Positions 1 through 9,900 of a stretch of DNA of 64,000 nt are shown here, piece after piece. The notes under the pieces are model-generated. The model was not told where the DNA came from and searched no databases. It was given only the letters and a program-made list of their open reading frames with translations. Position 1 is the first letter of the stretch. Each line of letters starts with the position of its first letter. The position numbers and the translations under genes are program-made. The stretch comes from Candidatus Levybacteria bacterium RIFCSPLOWO2_01_FULL_38_21 (GTDB lineage Bacteria; Patescibacteriota; Microgenomatia; Levybacterales; UBA12049), in the NCBI GenBank assembly GCA_001782475.1, contig MFOT01000024.1, positions 42,578 to 106,577 of the forward strand, given 5' to 3'.

Positions 1-279
1 GCCACGGAAAGATTTAGTATGGAATCTGGTGAGAGGTTAATAAAGAAGTTTTTTAAGAATGTGCAATTGCAAAAATACGCAAGTATAATTTCCGTAGATT
101 CTATTAACCCTTATCTTATCTACTGTAATACACTCCGCTATTTTTGGAATCAAGATTTTTCTGATTCCCAATGGAACGAAGTTATGGAATTTGTGAAAGA
201 GTACTTGCGGGAAATTTTAGCAAGACGTGGAGTAATAAAAGAAAGAAATATTTTTGGCATTTTTTTCGCTACAAGGTAA
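1..279 (+). CDS. C-terminal part of a protein starting before the window, possibly a class I SAM methyltransferase
   Basis: Frame open from position 1; FSMESGERLIKKFFKNV segment resembles methyltransferase C-termini; catalytic motifs not visible. Confidence 0.35.
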   Translation, partial: ATERFSMESGERLIKKFFKNVQLQKYASIISVDSINPYLIYCNTLRYFWNQDFSDSQWNEVMEFVKEYLREILARRGVIKERNIFGIFFATR

Positions 280-291
280 AAGATTAAGGAT

Positions 292-1002
292 ATGAAAAAA
301 GAAATTGAGGCTGTAATATTGGCGGGTGGACGAGGAAGAAGAATGGGCGAACTTACTGATTCAACTCAAAAATGTTTATTGCCCTTTAAAGACAAGCCAG
401 TACTCTTACATATTTTAGACACGATAAGCGATGCATTCGGATCAGCCAATGTTATAATAGCAACAGGCTATCATGGAGAAGATGTAAAAAAAATAGTTGG
501 AGATCAATATAGAAATATTCAAATAGAATACACCAATTCCCCTGAACAACTTGAAACTCGCAGAAGGCTTCTACTTGCAAAAAACTTACTGAAAGGACCT
601 TTTCTTCTGACTGCCGGAGATATAATTTATAATCCCGAACTCTTAACACAATTAGCTACTTCTTACGAAGCCAATAAAGTAGAAAGTATAATCGGCGCAA
701 TTTCAGTGAGCAGCCTCCACAAAGTAGCCCCTACTCACGCATTGATAGCTGTATCTGGAGGTTATGTAACGGAAATCACTTATCCTCCAACAACTACCTG
801 GCAAGCTAATCAGCTTAGAGAGATGGGTACTGCTTTTTATGATCATGATTTACTGCGCATCGCGGAACAGGCTTCTGCCAGCATTACACAAATAACAGAA
901 TTGATGATAGATGCTTTAAAAAATGGAGGGAAATTCCGAGCCGAACAGTATTTCTCGCAATGGTATCATTTTGCAACCCCAGAGGATTTAGTAAAATCTT
1001 GA
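292..1002 (+). CDS. Sugar-phosphate nucleotidyltransferase (NTP_transferase family)
   Basis: AVILAGGRGRRM...QKCLLP N-terminal signature. Confidence 0.85.
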   Translation: MKKEIEAVILAGGRGRRMGELTDSTQKCLLPFKDKPVLLHILDTISDAFGSANVIIATGYHGEDVKKIVGDQYRNIQIEYTNSPEQLETRRRLLLAKNLLKGPFLLTAGDIIYNPELLTQLATSYEANKVESIIGAISVSSLHKVAPTHALIAVSGGYVTEITYPPTTTWQANQLREMGTAFYDHDLLRIAEQASASITQITELMIDALKNGGKFRAEQYFSQWYHFATPEDLVKS

Positions 1003-1013
1003 AGATAGATAAC

Positions 1014-1040
1014 TCAAGCTCGACTTCTTCCCCGGATATA
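1014..1040. repeat. 27-bp direct repeat, copy 1 (TCAAGCTCGACTTCTTCCCCGGATATA)
   Basis: Identical to 3957-3983. Confidence 0.9.
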
Positions 1041-1069
1041 AATCGTAAATATTGGCAACAAACTTCCTT

Positions 1070-2071
1070 TCACCAATTTATACCCTTTTCTACTTCTTGA
1101 ATATACTGGTCAAAAGAATTAATTTCAACAATTGTCTTTCTACCAAAATAAAAAATAAATGCCTTTTTACGGAGAGCTTCATCATCTATGGCCCGACTTA
1201 TTTCAAACAACCATTTTCCATCCTGTCTTTGAATGGTTTGAGTACCAGCGTAAAAGAGCATTTTCTGTTCGTTCTCAGGCGAAATTGGTTCAACTTCCGT
1301 ATACGCTTGGATCATTTCACCGATAAATTGAGCCGCTTGCTGCGGAGTAATATATCCGAAGATGGAAAAGACGGGAATTTGACCGAAAAAGTTAGGTAAC
1401 ATATAGTCAGGGTCTCCAAAGTGGCAACAGTCAAAATCAATAGCCCTGACTGGTGAACCGGAATTGCCGAACAGGACGTTTTTTGGATGTCCGTCAGGCC
1501 AAACAAATTTTTGTTGACTTAAATACGTATTTCGCATCCGCTCTCCCCATGCGGGATATGCTAAATCTACCTCCATCCCCCGCGTCCAAATCTGTTCAAA
1601 CGGCTGCTCAATTGTAGAAAATGGCTGCCAATCGGCAGTTTCCTGTTTTAATTCTGCTAAAAATCTGCCTAGTGCGCGTGCGTGGATAGACTCTGCTTTA
1701 CCTTCAAGTAAATACGGGAAACCAAGTTGCGCATCTTGACCCACATCAGTCATAAGCAATACATCCTGCTCAGGATAAAACTGAAGCACATTCGGAACCA
1801 CAGTGGGAAAAAGCGGATGTAGATAAGTCAAAACTTCTGCTTCGGTGCGTATCCTCGTTTCAGACATAACTTGGCGTATGGGATAAAAGGAATCTCGATT
1901 CCTAGCGTGTTTAATAATTGTTGGTTGACCGTCTAATGCAGCCCTGAAGACCGTTGAAGTGTAACCGCCAGAAAGCAACTCAAAGTTGGTAGCTCTGATA
2001 CCTTGTTCAAATAGAAAAACTTGTAAACCGTCAGCTCCGTCAAGACTATAGGGATATTCTTTCATTTTCAT
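1070..2071 (-). CDS. APH/methylthioribose-kinase-like phosphotransferase
   Basis: LSGGYTSTVF loop, IIKHA lysine, PDGHPKNVLF and IDFD motifs; start moved to ATG 2071. Confidence 0.75.
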   Translation of the reverse strand: MKMKEYPYSLDGADGLQVFLFEQGIRATNFELLSGGYTSTVFRAALDGQPTIIKHARNRDSFYPIRQVMSETRIRTEAEVLTYLHPLFPTVVPNVLQFYPEQDVLLMTDVGQDAQLGFPYLLEGKAESIHARALGRFLAELKQETADWQPFSTIEQPFEQIWTRGMEVDLAYPAWGERMRNTYLSQQKFVWPDGHPKNVLFGNSGSPVRAIDFDCCHFGDPDYMLPNFFGQIPVFSIFGYITPQQAAQFIGEMIQAYTEVEPISPENEQKMLFYAGTQTIQRQDGKWLFEISRAIDDEALRKKAFIFYFGRKTIVEINSFDQYIQEVEKGINW

Positions 2072-3131
2072 TCGATTTCGCTTTCCAGTCTGGCCCAATA
2101 GATACAAGCGAAATAGCTGTCCTAAATTTATTTATGTCTATAGCTCCGTCGGTTGTTAGTGGTATAACTTCCCGCGTTTGTAGGAAGCAAGGAACCGCTG
2201 CTAATCCTACTGGCGTGGGAACGACCCGCATATGAATTTTGCGGCAGTTACCGCAATCCAAATCAGCGCAATGATCTTGAAAAAACTTGACTGCGGGTTT
2301 GGTTTTATCAGGATTTCCAGGCTCATGAAGATATACCTGGTTGAGTGATGGATAATAGTATGGCTCAAGATCAAATAAGTCGGCAATGTCGTTAAGTAAA
2401 GCCAGATATGCCTGTCTGGTTTCGTATTTAGTGCCCATAACTCCGTTGACTTCCAAGATATGTGTGGTCATAACTGGGCGATGCTTCATAGCCTCTCGTA
2501 GTACACTTAACACTCGTTCTTCATTGCCGGCATATACCACATTAATCTTTATGTCTCGGCCAGGCGTTTTCTCAAACTCCCCAGCTAAGGGAACTACTAC
2601 GTCCTGAAAAAGCTTGCGTCCCTCCGCACCGATAGTAGAATGATAAGGTTTAGACATTTCGCCTTCAATAAGTGAGTCAATGCCCAACGTTACTCTTTGA
2701 AGCGGAGAATCAACCATCATTGCTAGTTTTCGAGGACTTAAAAACGGAATCCCGTTAGTACTGATTCCCCATCTAATTCCTGGAAATTGCTCTTGCCAGT
2801 CATTACTAAGATTTCCAAGCAAAGTTTCTAAATGCCGGTATACTCCTGGATCACCGCCAGTCAACTTAATTGACTTAACTCCGAATTGCTGGGCAGTAGC
2901 GACTAATTGACCAATTGAATCTACGGAAACATCATATTCTGAAAGTTGTTCCCGTTTAGCCCAAGGAGGCGGTTGGCCTTCGTTGTGACAGTGTGGGCAA
3001 CGCAAATTACATCTAGGCGTGACTGACAGACGCAGATTGCGTCTACCTGGCATAACCGTTGGGGATGTTTCGACCTGAATTTGCTCAGGCGGAATGTTTT
3101 GAAAAACTTCGTTAGTAATTCGCTCTTTCAT
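2046..3131 (-). CDS. Radical SAM protein, MoaA-like, with C-terminal Cys cluster
   Basis: LRLSVTPRCNLRCPHCHNEG (CxxxCxxC), KLTGGDP, C-terminal CADLDCGNC...PC; ATG 3131 overlaps the upstream stop (ATGA). Confidence 0.85.
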   Translation of the reverse strand: MKERITNEVFQNIPPEQIQVETSPTVMPGRRNLRLSVTPRCNLRCPHCHNEGQPPPWAKREQLSEYDVSVDSIGQLVATAQQFGVKSIKLTGGDPGVYRHLETLLGNLSNDWQEQFPGIRWGISTNGIPFLSPRKLAMMVDSPLQRVTLGIDSLIEGEMSKPYHSTIGAEGRKLFQDVVVPLAGEFEKTPGRDIKINVVYAGNEERVLSVLREAMKHRPVMTTHILEVNGVMGTKYETRQAYLALLNDIADLFDLEPYYYPSLNQVYLHEPGNPDKTKPAVKFFQDHCADLDCGNCRKIHMRVVPTPVGLAAVPCFLQTREVIPLTTDGAIDINKFRTAISLVSIGPDWKAKSNENERISL

Positions 3132-3883
3132 ATACACGCAAGTATTGCTTTCGTCGATTTTTGATTTGTAACCAAAGTACTTTCTGAGTCTAATGTCCAG
3201 GCCCTACCATCAAGATCTAAAATTTCGCCGCCCGCTTCTTTGATAATGGACCATGCCGGGACAATTGCATAACGATCGGAATAATTATTTACCATTGCCT
3301 CAAGCCTTCCATGAGCCACATAGCAGATTGTTAATGCGACGGAACCGATGGCTCGTACAGTACATCTGCGACCAAGAGATGTAAACAAACGCACACCTTC
3401 CTCAATTTTTGCTTTACCCCTGCGCTTTTGCCAATCGACATTAATAAAAGCATGTTCGCCAAAAGGCCTTCGGGATACTGATATTTTTTTTCCGTTGCAA
3501 AAAGCACCTGTATGTTTTTGACCAATATATAGCTCGTCAAGCATTGGATCATATACGACTCCAAAAATTGGTTTTTTATTACGTATCAACCCCACCGCTA
3601 CCGCAAAGCCTGGTAGTCCATGGATAAAATTTCGTGTATTAGAAAGTGGATCGATATACCATTCGAACTCAGACGAGTTGGGCATTATGCCAGACTCCTC
3701 GCTGTAAACTGTATGGCTTGGATAAACAGCGGTAAGCGTTTTTATAATCAGTTTTTCAATCTGCGTATCAAAAGCGGTAACATAGCTTTGTTTTTCTTTT
3801 AGGGTATATCGTATCTTACTATCACAATTATTTCGAAGAAGAACACCTGCATCCCTAACAGCATCTATAACAGTCTTGTACAT
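3128..3883 (-). CDS. Inositol monophosphatase family protein
   Basis: SEE, WYIDPLSNTRNF, IIKEAGG motifs; DG of DPLDGT replaced by SN and WD by YA. Confidence 0.8.
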   Translation of the reverse strand: MYKTVIDAVRDAGVLLRNNCDSKIRYTLKEKQSYVTAFDTQIEKLIIKTLTAVYPSHTVYSEESGIMPNSSEFEWYIDPLSNTRNFIHGLPGFAVAVGLIRNKKPIFGVVYDPMLDELYIGQKHTGAFCNGKKISVSRRPFGEHAFINVDWQKRRGKAKIEEGVRLFTSLGRRCTVRAIGSVALTICYVAHGRLEAMVNNYSDRYAIVPAWSIIKEAGGEILDLDGRAWTLDSESTLVTNQKSTKAILACI

Positions 3884-3956
3884 ATATAAAAAAATCAGTG
3901 TCAATTATACCAAATAGCACAAGGAAATGCGCGGATTCTAAAGCTGCAAAAGAACA

Positions 3957-3983
3957 TCAAGCTCGACTTCTTCCCCGGATATA
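3957..3983. repeat. 27-bp direct repeat, copy 2
   Basis: Identical to 1014-1040. Confidence 0.9.
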
Positions 3984-4038
3984 CCTCCCCATAGCTTCGG
4001 TTCTTGACATTAGTCTTGATCTTGCCTAACATAAAAGA

Positions 4039-4758
4039 ATGGATACTAATCAGCTTCCTCAAGAACCACAAAAAAGGAAATTCAGCGGGCTATTGTTTTT
4101 GGAGGTTGGTTTAATTGAGGTATTCTCTGTTATTCTTGCACTGCTCCTGATTTTTGGAACCCTTAACTATTTTGGCATACTCCCCATCTCCGAATCCCTC
4201 CCCTTTCTTTCCTTTCTTCCGCAGAAACAAAAAACAATTACGAATAAAACTGTAAAAACCAGCACTCAATCAAAATCAAACAAGCAGTTGCCTATAGAGA
4301 TATTAAGAACCATCCCTGTCGTTGGCTGCCCAGTTGAACAAAATTTGTGTACGAATGGCGTAACTATTCCAGAATCTAAAGAAAATACCGCATCGCTTTC
4401 CGCAATCGCCTATAATTTAGAACAAGGGGCCACAGTCTCGGCTGTGATGAATGGTGATATAGAAATAAAAAATGAAAACATAAATGGACAAAAGCTGCTT
4501 ATATTAAGCATTATAAATAAATCAAGAAATATTAAGGTAAATTATGAATTTGAGATCAATTCATTCAGATATACAGCTTCTCAAGCTAATAAGACTGAGC
4601 AAGGAAAGGTCTTGGGGAATATAGTTGGTGAAGACACGATCAATCAATTTGGCAATAAATTTAATCTGATCTTTTCTGTCCAAAACCTAAATGCTCTCCA
4701 GTACCTCAAAATAAAACCTTCCCCAGACGGTAAAGGAATCCTCAACACTGGATTTTAA
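4039..4758 (+). CDS. Membrane-anchored hypothetical protein, distant paralog of 5474 and 6338 ORFs
   Basis: N-terminal TM helix; CPVEQNLC and IAYNLEQGATVSAVMNG resemble CEVLPQEFC and IAFNLPPGTPILARFDG. Confidence 0.6.
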   Translation: MDTNQLPQEPQKRKFSGLLFLEVGLIEVFSVILALLLIFGTLNYFGILPISESLPFLSFLPQKQKTITNKTVKTSTQSKSNKQLPIEILRTIPVVGCPVEQNLCTNGVTIPESKENTASLSAIAYNLEQGATVSAVMNGDIEIKNENINGQKLLILSIINKSRNIKVNYEFEINSFRYTASQANKTEQGKVLGNIVGEDTINQFGNKFNLIFSVQNLNALQYLKIKPSPDGKGILNTGF

Positions 4759-4885
4759 TTTTTAGTTCTTGACACAAATTTAGAATCCCATCTCTTGGAT
4801 AGTAGAATCGTACCAAAACACCCCTAGGGTATGCTCAAGAAAACTTCTTTAAAGTCTTACCGATGTGATCAGCCAGAACACTCCC

Positions 4886-4913
4886 TTGACTCACCCAAGA
4901 AACATGGTAAAAT
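4886..4913 (+). promoter_or_regulatory. Sigma70-type promoter, likely leaderless transcript
   Basis: TTGACT-16 nt-TAAAAT with extended TG; ATG 6 nt after -10. Confidence 0.55.
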
Positions 4914-4919
4914 AATAGT

Positions 4920-5162
4920 ATGAATCAGACAATTACCGTATCTCAAGAAACAATCGAGGAAATTCTTACTCGTCTTGACAGACTCACTAGAGAAATAAAA
5001 GCTATTAGGACAAAACTTTTTGAAGAGGAACCGCCCTATGGAAGCGACGAGTGGTGGGAATGGTCTGATAAAAAATCGATCGAAGATTACAAAAAAGGTC
5101 GCTATACAGTGATTCGTTCAAAAAAAGAACTTAATGAATTTTTTAGTTCGTTAGGAAAATAA
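4920..5162 (+). CDS. Putative type II antitoxin
   Basis: 80 aa, acidic, immediately upstream of a RelE-like gene. Confidence 0.6.
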   Translation: MNQTITVSQETIEEILTRLDRLTREIKAIRTKLFEEEPPYGSDEWWEWSDKKSIEDYKKGRYTVIRSKKELNEFFSSLGK

Positions 5163-5163
5163 A

Positions 5164-5424
5164 GTGAAACAAATTCTTCTTACAAAAGGGACTGAGAGAT
5201 CTTTTAAACGGCTTCCAAAGAAGAATCAAGAAAAAACCAAGAAACAATTTGAACTTTTATTAGCCAATTATCGTCATCCTTCGCTTCGAGCACGCAAAAT
5301 GCCCGGAGCAAACTATTTCGAGGCAAGAATTGATATACACTACCGTTTTACTTTTAGTTTAGTGAGGAAAGGAATTTTAGTTCTGACTATTGGTCCCCAC
5401 GATGAAGGGTTAGGGAAAAAGTGA
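5164..5424 (+). CDS. RelE/ParE-family toxin
   Basis: Basic 86 aa; HPSLRARK, EARIDIHYRFTF, IGPHD. Confidence 0.75.
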   Translation: MKQILLTKGTERSFKRLPKKNQEKTKKQFELLLANYRHPSLRARKMPGANYFEARIDIHYRFTFSLVRKGILVLTIGPHDEGLGKK

Positions 5425-5473
5425 TTTAAACCTTGACAAAGACTATGAGATAGGATAGAATCGCTTTTGTATT

Positions 5474-6262
5474 ATGGGGAATAGAATTGAAAAATCTCCA
5501 AGAAGAATGTCGAGAAGAAGGTTATTGAAGTTAGGAGGCTTGGCGGCTGGTGCTGTCGTCGCTAGCGCTTTGCTTGAAGCCTGCGGAGGCGGAGCTGAAA
5601 CGACAACTCCAAACCCAACTGCAGATGTATTGAAAACGGAAAGCCCGATGCCATCGGCAACCCCTATGGCAACCCAAGCTGCCGAATCCCCCATCCCAAC
5701 TGCTATTAGCACAGCGAAGCCGCCAGAACCAACCCCAACCCCAACAGAAGTATCTAAAGCCCCAGTCAATTGTGAAGTTCTCCCCCAGGAATTCTGCTCC
5801 CAGGGAAAAAGAATAACAATGGAACTTCAAGGGGAAAAACATGAGTACATTGCATTCAATTTACCCCCAGGTACTCCTATTCTTGCTCGATTTGATGGTC
5901 TTTTAGACAAAATCGAAGAGAGCGGTGATCCATTTTCCGGCTTTAGCGCAGTACTGACGCCTGATAACTATAGATCCTTTGATATTGCTAGAGGAGATAT
6001 CCATTTCGACGATATGATACAAAGGCAAGTAAGGCAGGGCGATGTAATTGGCTATGTGGGTGATGCAGGCATCAAGAATTTTGACTACAATGTTCTTTAC
6101 CTAATTAGTACTGCAAGTCCTGACGGACCGATTATTGATGAAGGAAAAATGAAGGAATTGTTTCCCGAGGCATTTGAAAAGGAGAGTGTAGAGATTACGT
6201 ATAATGGCCCTGTTAACCCCCCAGTATCCTACGACTATTCCTCTACCCCTCCAGGCCAATAA
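5474..6262 (+). CDS. Predicted twin-arginine lipoprotein with P/T linker and M23-like domain lacking catalytic His motifs
   Basis: SRRRLLK, hydrophobic stretch, LLEAC; VRQGDVIGYVGD motif. Confidence 0.6.
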   Translation: MGNRIEKSPRRMSRRRLLKLGGLAAGAVVASALLEACGGGAETTTPNPTADVLKTESPMPSATPMATQAAESPIPTAISTAKPPEPTPTPTEVSKAPVNCEVLPQEFCSQGKRITMELQGEKHEYIAFNLPPGTPILARFDGLLDKIEESGDPFSGFSAVLTPDNYRSFDIARGDIHFDDMIQRQVRQGDVIGYVGDAGIKNFDYNVLYLISTASPDGPIIDEGKMKELFPEAFEKESVEITYNGPVNPPVSYDYSSTPPGQ

Positions 6263-6337
6263 AGCTAAGTGTAAGTAATTGTAGTAAAATTATTACTCCC
6301 CTTGACATATAATCTTTGCATATAGTAACTTTAGATT

Positions 6338-6910
6338 ATGGGGGTTTTATTTAAAAAACCAATTTTTTGGATTGGAATAATTATTGTATTAATAATTGGG
6401 CTTCTAATCCTTGTTCTCCAATCTACTAGTCCTAAGAATCTCAAAAATATTTCTCCAAAAATATCTGAGAAATCAAAATCAGGGCCAAAGCCCGGAACCT
6501 GCCTTATCTTAGAACAAAAATTCTGCTCCCAGGAAAAAAGAATAACAATAGAAGTTCAAGGGTTAAAACATGAGTACATTGCCTTCAATCTGCCCCCTGG
6601 CACTCCTCTTTTTGCTCGATTTGATGGTCTTTTAGACAAAACTAAAGAGAGTGATGCTCCATTTTCTGATTTTAGCGCGTCACTAACGTTTAATAATTAC
6701 AAATCTTTTGATATTATCAGAGGAGATTTTAGTTTCGACAGCATGCTACAGAAAAACGTAAAACAAGGCGAGATAATTGGCTATGTGGGCGATACAGGCG
6801 TCAAAGACTTTGGTTACAACGTTCTTTATCTAATTACTACTGCCGGCCCTAACGGACCGATTATTGATGAGGGAAAAATGAAAGAGTTATTTCCCAAGGT
6901 TCTAAAGTAA
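6338..6910 (+). CDS. Membrane-anchored paralog of the 5474 ORF
   Basis: TM helix; DNA 6521-6895 aligns with 5792-6166. Confidence 0.7.
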   Translation: MGVLFKKPIFWIGIIIVLIIGLLILVLQSTSPKNLKNISPKISEKSKSGPKPGTCLILEQKFCSQEKRITIEVQGLKHEYIAFNLPPGTPLFARFDGLLDKTKESDAPFSDFSASLTFNNYKSFDIIRGDFSFDSMLQKNVKQGEIIGYVGDTGVKDFGYNVLYLITTAGPNGPIIDEGKMKELFPKVLK

Positions 6911-6911
6911 T

Positions 6912-9900
6912 ATGAAGTTAAGCAAATTTTTGGCTGTCCCCGCAGTAACTTTTCTATTTTTTGTCTTCTTATCTGGCAGTGCCTATGCTTCTTTCTCTTA
7001 CTCATACGATTCCTCTCCGCCCTCCGCCGACCAGGTAGCTGATTCATTCTGCGCTGGCTCCATCCAGACTTGTTGGAACAGTTCGTCTGTTGGTGTAACA
7101 GATTGTGGAACTGCTTGTACCGGCGGTAACGCCTGGGAAAAGCATGTATATTCAGGCTGTTATTATGTAGCTTTTTTAGGTTATAAGGCATGGCTTCCAT
7201 TTGCATCCGCTACCTGCTCAACCGGGGATAAGTGTACGAGTAGTTGGCCTTATCTAAACGCTGGATATTGCGATTGCTCAGTCGGAGGCATATATAAAAC
7301 CTGCTGTGATACTACGACAGGAAGAGCTGATGGGGCTTGCGTGGCATATGCTGTTGATACCACAAATCCTCCATGGGAAGGTTATTGTCCTGCGGGAACA
7401 GCGACGGAGTTCTGTGGCTTCGGAGGCTATCCTGCCTGCGGAGATGCGGCTTGCGCAAAGTACGCCCCCCCTCCAGATTGTAATACTGGGGTTTCTTGTT
7501 CTGGAGCCTGCAGCGCGCCGGCAAATACCTGCTCTACAAATAATGGAACGCAAACAAGCTGTGTCTATACAGCCTACAGCGGAGGAGGATCCTGCACTCA
7601 AACAACTGCTCCCAACCAACAATGCACAGTTAATAATTGTTCTGCGGGATATACTTGCCAGAGTGGCATTTGTACGGCAGGACCGAATCCTCCTACTGCC
7701 GCAATCAACGGACCCACTTCCATTACACTTGGCCAATCAGGCAGCTTTACTGCAACCGCCAACCAAGACTCAACCAGTTCGCTTGCATCCGGAGAAATTT
7801 ATTGGTCGCCAACCGGTTCTCAATCCTGGACTCTTCTTAATCCCGTAGCTGCGCTTTCGGGCTCAACTGGGTCATTTTCCAGAACGTGGACTCCGACTGC
7901 TACCGGTACTTACTACGTAGTTGTCAACGCTTACAATGTAAATGGCCAACAATGCACAGGTAATCCTTTCGGGATTGATCCCGGCTGGGTTAATTGCGGA
8001 TCAAACGATGCTGTAACTGTCACAGTCACAACTGTAGCAGCAACCCCAACCCCAACTCCCACACCTGCCTCTTCATGCAATGCTGCGTGCATTGCAAGTG
8101 GTTATTATTATGGAATATGCCAAGGTGCATGCGGTGGAAACTATGATGGATCGCCTAGTCAATATGAATGTGCAAGTAATATTGGTGCACCTCTTTGCTG
8201 TTGTTCACGTGTGCCAGCCACTCCAACTCCAACCCCGACTGGCGCTCCAACTCCCACTCCAACTCGAGCTCCCTCAACATACGACATTTCTGGTACTGTT
8301 TGGGTAGATACCAATGGGAATGGGTTTAAGGACATATTAGAAGATGGATTCCAGAGCGCTCGCATAACCATAACCGGCGGTGCTTTTAGGAATACAGACA
8401 ACTCTGGATTTTACCTTTTTTCAAGTCTAGCTTCCGGAACATATACAATTACTCTTACTGTACCTTCTGGCTATATCTTAACCACTTCAAATCCTGTCAC
8501 CAGAACCCTCCCGAACAATGCCACAGCTAATTTTGGGATACAACCCCTATCAACCATCTCTGGAACTGTATTTGTGGACACTAATGGGAGTGGGGCTAAG
8601 GACACAGGAGAACCGGGATACAGCGGGGCTACCCTAACCGGACCCGGCGGTGAGACTGATACTACAGGCGCCAGTGGATCTTACGGTTTTCCAGGTCTAG
8701 CTTCCGGAACCTATACAATTACTCTTACTGTACCTTCTGGCTATATCTTAACCACTTCAAATCCTGTCACCAGAACCCTCCCGCCCGATGCCACAGCTAA
8801 TTTTGGGATAAGATTCAACAAGCCAGACCTGGTTGTCTCAAATCTTAGTGTCCAGTCGGTTGCCGCAGGCCCGATAACACCAAGAGATGGCAGTAGCTTT
8901 GATACCAATGGCGGCTCGGGCGCAAGTTGGTCAAATCCAACCTATGCTCAGACTTCCAATAGCCAGCGCGCCTCTGTTTCACTGGACGGTAATCCCAGTT
9001 CCCGTTATCTTAAGGCTCAAGGCTTTGGTTTTAACATTCTACCCGGTTCTACCATCAATGGTATTCTCGTTGAGGTAGAACGCAGGGCCGAAGAAGAAGG
9101 CTGGGGCGGCAATCCCAGAATAGTAGATGATGTCATCAGACTTGTCAAAGCCGATGGAACAATTGGCGGAAGTAACAGAGCAGGCAGTAGTTACTGGCCA
9201 GAATCGGATGCTTATACAAGCTATGGCTCAGGTACCTACCTGTGGGTCCTAACCTGGACACCGGCCGATATCAATAATTCCAATTTTGGGGTGGCAGTCT
9301 CGGCCAGGAATGAGGGTGATGACGCAATTGCATACATTGACCATATCCGTATCACGGTGTATTTAGCTTCCGAAGCAGGAGAGTCGTTAGAAGCAGTCTT
9401 TACCTTAAAAAATAACAGTTCTATTACCACGCCACCCGGGGTTAATTTTAGGATTGATCTTTGGCCGGACCGCACCAGCTCTCCCAATCTTGGAGAACTA
9501 AGTGATTGTACCCCGACCCCTTGTAAGATAGACCAAACAGAAATGGCCGCCAATGAACAGAGATCCGTGACTATACCTTTCACCGCTCCCTTAACCGCTG
9601 GAACAAAGACGGTCCAAATTTTGGCTGATTCGCCGGACGTCATTGACGAAATGGAGGAGTTAACTAATAATAGGATATCTAAAATCTACTTTGTTACTGC
9701 ACCCCCAACATACACAATTTCTGGAAATGTATTTGTAGACGCCGATAAAAATCGGCTCAAGAATGGAGGGGAGACAAACTACACAGGCGCAATCACTATT
9801 TCCTCAACAGAAGGAACTGTATCTGCTCCCTCTGGTACTGGGGTTTACACTGTAGACGGTTTAATAGAAGGAACATATACAATTTCTTACACAGATCTTC

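Noticed and set aside
2046-3131. Viperin-like antiviral radical SAM, or true moaA
   Set aside because: Motif context is MoaA-like rather than viperin-like, and no Moco genes are adjacent, so no gene symbol was assigned
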